A stretch of 64,000 nt of DNA from Octopus sinensis. Its lineage: Eukaryota. The number at the start of each line of letters is the position of its first letter. Within the stretch, counting starts at the first letter, position 1. The position numbers were made by a program, and so were the translations under genes. Of the stretch, positions 57,106 through 64,000 are shown piece after piece. The notes beneath the pieces were generated by a model. It was not told the DNA's origin and did no database searches. It saw only the letters and a list, made by a program, of their open reading frames with translations. The stretch lies in NCBI RefSeq assembly GCF_006345805.1, contig NC_042998.1, forward strand, positions 159,092,001 through 159,156,000. Reading direction: 5' to 3'.

Positions 57106-57550
57106 AGGCGCAGGTGTGGCACTGTGGGAAGACGCTTGCTTCTCAACCGTATGGTCCCGGTTCAGTCCCAATGCGTGACACCTTGGGCAGGTGACTTCTA
57201 CTATAGCCTCGGGTCGACCAAAGCCTTGCAAGTGGATTTGGTAGACGGAAACTGAAAGAAGCCCGTCATATACATATGTATATATATGTATGTGTGTGTG
57301 TGCATGTGTGTGTATGTGCATGTGTGTGTGTGCATGTGTGTGTGTGCATGTGTGTGTGTGCATGTGTGTGTGTGCATGTGTGTGTGTGTGTGTTTGTACT
57401 CCCGCCATCGCTTGATAACCGAAGCTAGTGTCTTTATGTTCCCCGTAAACTAGCGGTTCGGCAAAAGAAGGGAGTGGATTTCTTCGACTAAATGCCTTTA
57501 AGACGGTGCTCCATCATGTCCACAATCTGAAATAAGTAAAAGAAGAAAAG
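57106..57550 (+). mobile_element. tRNA-derived SINE (family 1) with expanded internal TG repeat
   Basis: Head 57106-57268 matches 63815-63970; tail 57395-57550. Confidence 0.88.
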
Positions 57551-57614
57551 ATTATATATGCGTGTACATACAAATATATATATGTATGCATATATTACAT
57601 ACACACACACACAC

Positions 57615-57666
<52 letters not shown>

Positions 57667-57865
57667 GTGGTGCTATTAAGTTAGACATGGCCTGGACCAA
57701 TCTTTGGTCGAAGCATATCTTGAAACAAGTAAAAGAGTAAAAGAGATATATATATATATATATAAATTGAGGGAGATAAATTAATATTAATTTTAATATC
57801 AATTTAAAACCAGTAGTCCAGCATTCAAAAAATCTGAGGAGTCAGAGAAAATTCAAATATATGTG

Positions 57866-58169
57866 TATATTGGCAGGGCTGGCCTGCTAGGTAGCCGGCC
57901 AGAATGCTAGAAAAAGATAATCAACGATCAAACTACAAGGGAAATTCTCTAGAGGAACAATTCAGCGAACACCAGAACCAACTTTGGCGGGCAGGACATA
58001 TGAAAAATTATATAAATAATTATTTATATAATTTTTCATATGTCCTGCCCGCCAAAGTTGGTTCTGGTGTTCGCTGAATTGTTCCTCTAGAGAATTTCCC
58101 TTGTAGTTTGATCGTTGATTATCTTTTTCTAGCATTCTGGCCGGCTACCTAGCAGGCAGCCCTGCCAAT

Positions 58170-58172
<3 letters not shown>
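57866..58172. repeat. 307-bp spacerless palindrome
   Basis: Centre between 58019 and 58020; arms complementary except one 1-nt indel. Confidence 0.97.
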
Positions 58173-58217
<45 letters not shown>

Positions 58218-58247
58218 CATACATACATACATACATACATACATACA

Positions 58248-58281
<34 letters not shown>

Positions 58282-58504
58282 GATATATAACGAATGAACA
58301 AAATCAGAAAAGGAAACAAGTATTAACAAAGAAAAGTGTCTTCAGCAACTCGGATAATAGTCCTTCATCAAGAAAACGAAAAAGATATCGGGAAAGAGGA
58401 AAGAGGAAGAAAACGTTTAAAGCAGGGTGAGAATGTAGTTTTATGGAGAGGGATGAGAAAGAGGAGGAAGTGGGGGGGGGCTATATATATATATTATATA
58501 TATA

Positions 58505-58697
58505 TAGTAATCCCTCGCCATATCGCGGTTCAACTATTGCAGTTTATTATTTGTGTTGTTTTGCATTTATAATAGAAAAAAAAAGATATACAAATTATAA
58601 AACTAGAAATACAGTACCATTTCTACTTCGCAGATTTTCACCTAGCGCGGTTGTGGGTTTGGAACGTAACACCAGCGACAATCGAGAAATTACTGTA
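58505..58697. mobile_element. Tigger/pogo-type MITE
   Basis: Imperfect TIRs tagtaatccctcgccatatcgcgg / cagcgacaatcgagaaattactgta with TA ends. Confidence 0.7.
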
Positions 58698-59499
58698 TAT
58701 CTTTCATACTTTCTTGACCACTCATCTACCATATGTTCACCCTGCTTCTTACGAAGATAAATCTATAGCGATTGCTGTTTGAATGAGAACTTAATTGTGA
58801 TGATCAGACAAATTTCTAGACTGTACATTCGTCATCCACTGGAATATATAACTGGTAATTATTTATATATAACACAATATGCATTGGTAACTAAAATAAA
58901 CTTGAAGTAGTTAACCTACAGACATTCTCTTTGAAACGTTAAGCAAATATAAAATACATCCTGTTATTTTCTCCTGCAGACATAGAACAATAAAAGAGTG
59001 TTTAGAAAAGTTTTGTTCGTCGACCTCTTAATAAATGACAACTACCATCTTATCTTCTCCACAAGTGAACTTCGTAGGACTTGCAATTTAACTCAAGCAT
59101 AACATAAACCAAAGTCTAATTCTAGTAATGTCTGTGTGCATTTGTGTGTATTTATGCATGTGTGTGTTTATGTGTGTGTGTGTATGTTTGTCAGTGCGCG
59201 CGTATGTGTGCGCATGCGTGTGTGCGCGCATGTGTGTGTTTATGTATACATAAATATATTATACGTTTTCGTCTTTCTCTCATATTCGTTTCCTACTTGT
59301 CGCTATAGGTTTTTGCCTTTGTAGGTATGGGATGTATGCATATGTATGTATGGTATATATTATGCAACATATAACATCAAACGCTATATTTATCTCTAAT
59401 TTTAGCATTTATTGAAATATCAATTGCTAAAAAATTATACTTATATGAATGTATAATAGACCTTTATTGAAACATGCATAATTATAAAGCCTTTTAATC

Positions 59500-59543
<44 letters not shown>

Positions 59544-59585
59544 CATACATATACATATATATATATGTACGTATACTTTATGTAG

Positions 59586-59638
<53 letters not shown>

Positions 59639-60096
59639 ATATAACATATATATACATACATGCATACATACATACATATGTATATATATATAAACACACA
59701 TATACATACATTCATACATACAAACGTAAATGCATACGTATTTTTATACATATATTTGTGCATACATACGTACATAGGTATGCGTGTATTATATGTGTAT
59801 ACGTATACCTCGAGACATAGAAATACTTGGGTCTGTGTCCGAGTAAACCCATAGAGAACTGAGGGACACTTGATCTTTGTCAAGGAACCCTCTAGGAGAA
59901 GGCTAACTCGTGTATTAAGCCCGCTGCTCTACCGCGCTCGACTTGGAACCCTTTCACGTGTATAACCCACACTGCTGTTAGCGATGCTCAAGTTCGTCTA
60001 ACAAGTAGAGAGCCATCATATACATGCATACATACATACATACATACATACATACATACATACATACATACATACATACATACATACATACATACA

Positions 60097-60128
<32 letters not shown>

Positions 60129-60254
60129 CACACACACATATATATATATATGTATACATATATACATACATAAATGCAGTGATTAGTTAAAAGGCAACAC
60201 ATGGAGGAGAAGTTTTAACAAATATGGTATTAGCTTTACGCTTTATGGAGAAGA

Positions 60255-60760
60255 GCGTCTTAACGTTTCGGACTATACTTCCATCAGAAAAAAAAAGAGA
60301 AGTATAGGTGGAATGAGAAAAGAGAATGAGAGAAAAACAGATTAGTGGTTAAGTATCAAGTAGGAATGCTGTTCCATGGTGAAGACTTAAGATGTAAGGA
60401 TGGGTTTGGTGCCAGTATAGGACTTTAAGCATGATTAGAAGCAAGTATATGGCAGAGAGTTGTATATGTAGTTTTAGTAGGTGTGTATATGGAGAGAAGA
60501 GTACAAGTGCGAAGTATAGTGGCGTAGGTTAGAGGAGATATGTGTTTGCGTGTATGTGTAATTGTTAATGGGTGTGAAGAGAGAATTGATGAGCGTTAGT
60601 GAAAATGGGTACACGTGTGGTGCAAATGGAAAGGTAAGAGGAATATGAAGGATGTAATAGATGTATATGCAACGGTATGCATGGAACGAAGATTTGAAGG
60701 AAGGCAAAAGAGTGAGAAGAATAAAAGTTAAAGACAATGATTTAAAAATTTGCCTTTATA
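60255..60760 (-). mobile_element. Probable Penelope pLTR remnant ending in a decayed minimal hammerhead
   Basis: Minus strand CUGAU-GGA-aguauag-UCC-GAAA-CGUUA at 60258-60288. Confidence 0.45.
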
Positions 60761-61189
60761 AGTATATGTAACTGTAATGTTATATATATATGTGTGTGTG
60801 TGCGTGTGTGCGCGTGCGTGTGTGTGCGTCTGTGTGTGTATGTGTACATATATATATATATGTATATATGCATGTATGTATGTATATATGTATGTAACCA
60901 CATGTTGACGTTGGTGATTTTTTTACTCCGTCTCCCTTGACTTTCCTCTGTCTTCTGTTTCTGAACAAGAGCTTTGCTCGAAACACAAAACAACCTTTCT
61001 TTCCTTCTCGAACGTCTTATTCATACTTTGCATGTAGCACGTCCACGCGTTGTTATTTTTTCTCGTTGCCCCTTTTTTCTCTGTTTTCTTGATTAACTAT
61101 GTGTGTGTATGCGTGTGTGTGTGTGTGTGTCTATTTATGTTTATATGCACGTATATATATATATATATATATATATATTCTTGTATTCG

Positions 61190-61431
61190 TTTACTTCTTT
61201 CAGTCATTAGACTTCAGCCATGATTGAGCACCGCCTAGAAGAATTTTAGTCGAACGGATCGACCCCCAGTACTTATTTTCAAGACCGGTACTTATTCTAT
61301 CAGATCCCTTTGCTGAACTGCTTGTTTACGGGGGCATAACCACGCTAACACCGTTTCTCAAGTAGTGGTAGGGGCCAAACACACACAAACATGCATACAG
61401 ACACGCACGCACCAACATACATATCCACACA

Positions 61432-61466
<35 letters not shown>

Positions 61467-61510
61467 TCTGTCTCTCAAATCAACTCACAAGGCTTTGGTC
61501 GCGCCCAAAG
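61190..61510 (-). mobile_element. tRNA-derived SINE (family 1), decayed
   Basis: Reverse-complement homology to the family tail and a partial head. Confidence 0.75.
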
Positions 61511-61603
61511 CGTCAAATACATACAGACACGCACTCAGACACACATATATATACCACACACACGCGCGTACATACATACTTTTAGAAACAAATCATGAGA
61601 CAA

Positions 61604-61648
61604 ACACACAGACAGACAGACAGACAGACAGACAGATAGACAGACAGG

Positions 61649-61738
<90 letters not shown>
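61604..61738. repeat. (CAGA)n(TAGA)n tetranucleotide microsatellite
   Basis: Read directly from the sequence. Confidence 0.96.
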
Positions 61739-61739
<1 letters not shown>

Positions 61740-63529
61740 ACATAAATAAATAGAGATAATTAACTGAATATGAGAACCGACTGAATCAAAATGTTAACCA
61801 AACAAACATGAATGAATATAGATAATTTACAATATAAACAAGTATGTAAAAAGATTAAACACGAGATATATGATAAACAATATAACTTAACTATCCGGTA
61901 TGCTTGTATATAAAAAACGTTGTATATTTGATAAACGTAGACCAATGCGTATACGCTTATTTGTTTGATGGCAGCCACTAATCTAAAAATTAATGTGTAA
62001 ACAAGACTCTTGGATGAAAATATAAACAAGGATATTATTATTTATTTATTATTGTTTATTGTTGATTATTACTGAGTGTAGAAAATATATCTCACGTTGA
62101 AGTATCAGCTATAGACTAGAGCCTAACTAATGAGATAAGCCAATGTGGGACTGTATGTAGATATTGACTGGATGTGTTTTAATACACATGGATGAAATCA
62201 ACTGTTAATATTTGGAAGTTGTAAAATAGTAACGATATGATATAATAAATTGATCGATATAATAAATGTATCGATTTTATATAAGTAAAAGAGGAAAGAT
62301 AGACATTTGGGAATTTTTTGAAAATGATAAAATTGCCAGTTTCCAGTTAACAAATTTTGAAGGTGTAGAAAATAAAATTAGAAAAAGAGAATTTCTATTC
62401 AGATAGATAGGCCTTTTCCTTTACTGATATCTTACCCGTGCTCTTCATATCTTACTTTCTGTGACATAATATACATTTGTACTTTCTCATATTTACCCCT
62501 GTCTATATGCTTAAAACTTCAGGGTATCTTTGGTACACTGAGAATGATATATTACAAATGATCTCAACAACAACCTGTTCATAAAGTCTATGATGACGAC
62601 GTGCAACAACGCAGAAATACTTGCGTCCTACAATATGATGAAGCCATTCATAGCCAAATGATGTATTTCCATATCTTCTGTCGTGCAGCTATTGTTTATA
62701 CCTCGCTCAGAGATTTATTATTGTTTAATTACAATTTTTCGAGATCAGTGACTTTTCGTCACTAGAAAGAGGATATATAGATATTTGCATTGGGAACCAC
62801 TTCACATCGACAACCGATGATTGTCAGCAACCCGTATGACGGTCTTAATAATTAGCCCTTTGCTTTTTAATTTAACTGACCAATTATATCGAACACTGGA
62901 TCTTGGTCAATCCCACTATGGGCAATAGATGGTTGGACTTTACCATATATTAGTAAGTAAATCATTGTTGGGCACTTTATTAAGATAAAAAAAAACTATT
63001 AATTAGTACGATTAAGAACTATTATGATTACTTTAAAACTTTATGGTAACTTCACTCCCTTTTTGACTAAACCTTTTGGCGTATCCCGTTATTGTAAGTT
63101 TTTTTTTATTTCTACTTTGTTTATTAGTTATCCACCCTATTACCCCCATAGAAAAAAATTAAACCACCAATTACTGTTTTAAGTTTAATCATTTACTCAA
63201 CGTCCCAAAGAGACACATAAGCAGAATGGTATGATTTTAACAAATTAAGCCTTTTCTTTTCCTCTCTAGGTCCTTCTTCTTTTCTCTTATGTATGTATTT
63301 TTCACTCTCATGAAGCTCCATGTTCCAGATCAGTTTTATTACCAAATATGATGAGTATTATTTTTAGCATGCCAATGGCAATGCCATATAACACAGGAAG
63401 CAGAAACAGATATTAGATGGGATGCAGTCTATTTGTATTGAATTAATAAATAATAATTGATGTAAGTCAATTGTTGTTGATCAATATTTCTCTATTTTCT
63501 GTTTACTTTATATATATATATATATATAT

Positions 63530-63622
<93 letters not shown>

Positions 63623-63814
63623 TATATATATATATATATAGGTACAGATACACTCATACACACACATATATACATGCACACATACATACAAATACACAGA
63701 TTAAAACTAGGGTGATATAACTCTGCTTGTATATTAATATATACATAAGTATATGTGTGGGTATAAATATATAGATAGATAGATAGATAGATACTTATAT
63801 ATATATATATATAT

Positions 63815-63970
63815 AGTGGCTGTGTGGTAAGTAGCTTGCTTACCAACCACATGGTTCCGGGTTCAGTCCCACTGCGTGGCACCTTGGGCAAGTGTCTTCT
63901 ACTATAGCCTCGGGCCGACCAAAGCCTTGTGAGTGGATTCGGTAGACGGAAACTGAAAGAAGCCCGTCGT
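63815..63970 (+). mobile_element. tRNA-derived SINE (family 1) head, well preserved
   Basis: gtggctgtgtggtaagtagcttgc (A-box region) and gggttcagtccc (B box) through gaagcccgtcg. Confidence 0.9.
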
Positions 63971-64000
63971 ATATATGTATATATTTATATGTGTGCGTGT

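Overview
This is an AT-rich, microsatellite-saturated eukaryotic window made almost entirely of transposon debris. The repeat mix (tRNA-SINEs with TG/TA spacers, (TA)n/(CA)n/(CATA)n/(AAT)n tracts, RTE, Penelope and R4-type LINEs) suggests an octopod cephalopod; this is inferred from composition only. No intact host gene, rRNA, tRNA or CRISPR array can be supported, and most six-frame ORFs are translated microsatellites. The main signal is two parallel sets of microsatellite-embedded non-LTR retrotransposons with RT + CCHC + restriction-like endonuclease (RLE; R4/Dong-like). (1) Several divergent Dong-like families are stacked head-to-tail in (AAT)n arrays at about 0.6-8.7 kb and 34.9-39.2 kb. 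They share a covarying 3'UTR hairpin and are accompanied by a ~520-bp non-coding module. (2) A distinct RLE family has five pieces in this window, all in (CATA)n/(TACA)n tracts in the same orientation, with its own covarying 3'UTR stem. Other contents: Penelope-like fragments with one intact-core minimal hammerhead ribozyme and several decayed ones, a 598-bp tandem pLTR-like duplication, long palindromes, and decayed Tc1, mariner, hAT, RTE and CR1-type elements and SINEs. All alignments and folds were done by eye, and element boundaries are approximate.
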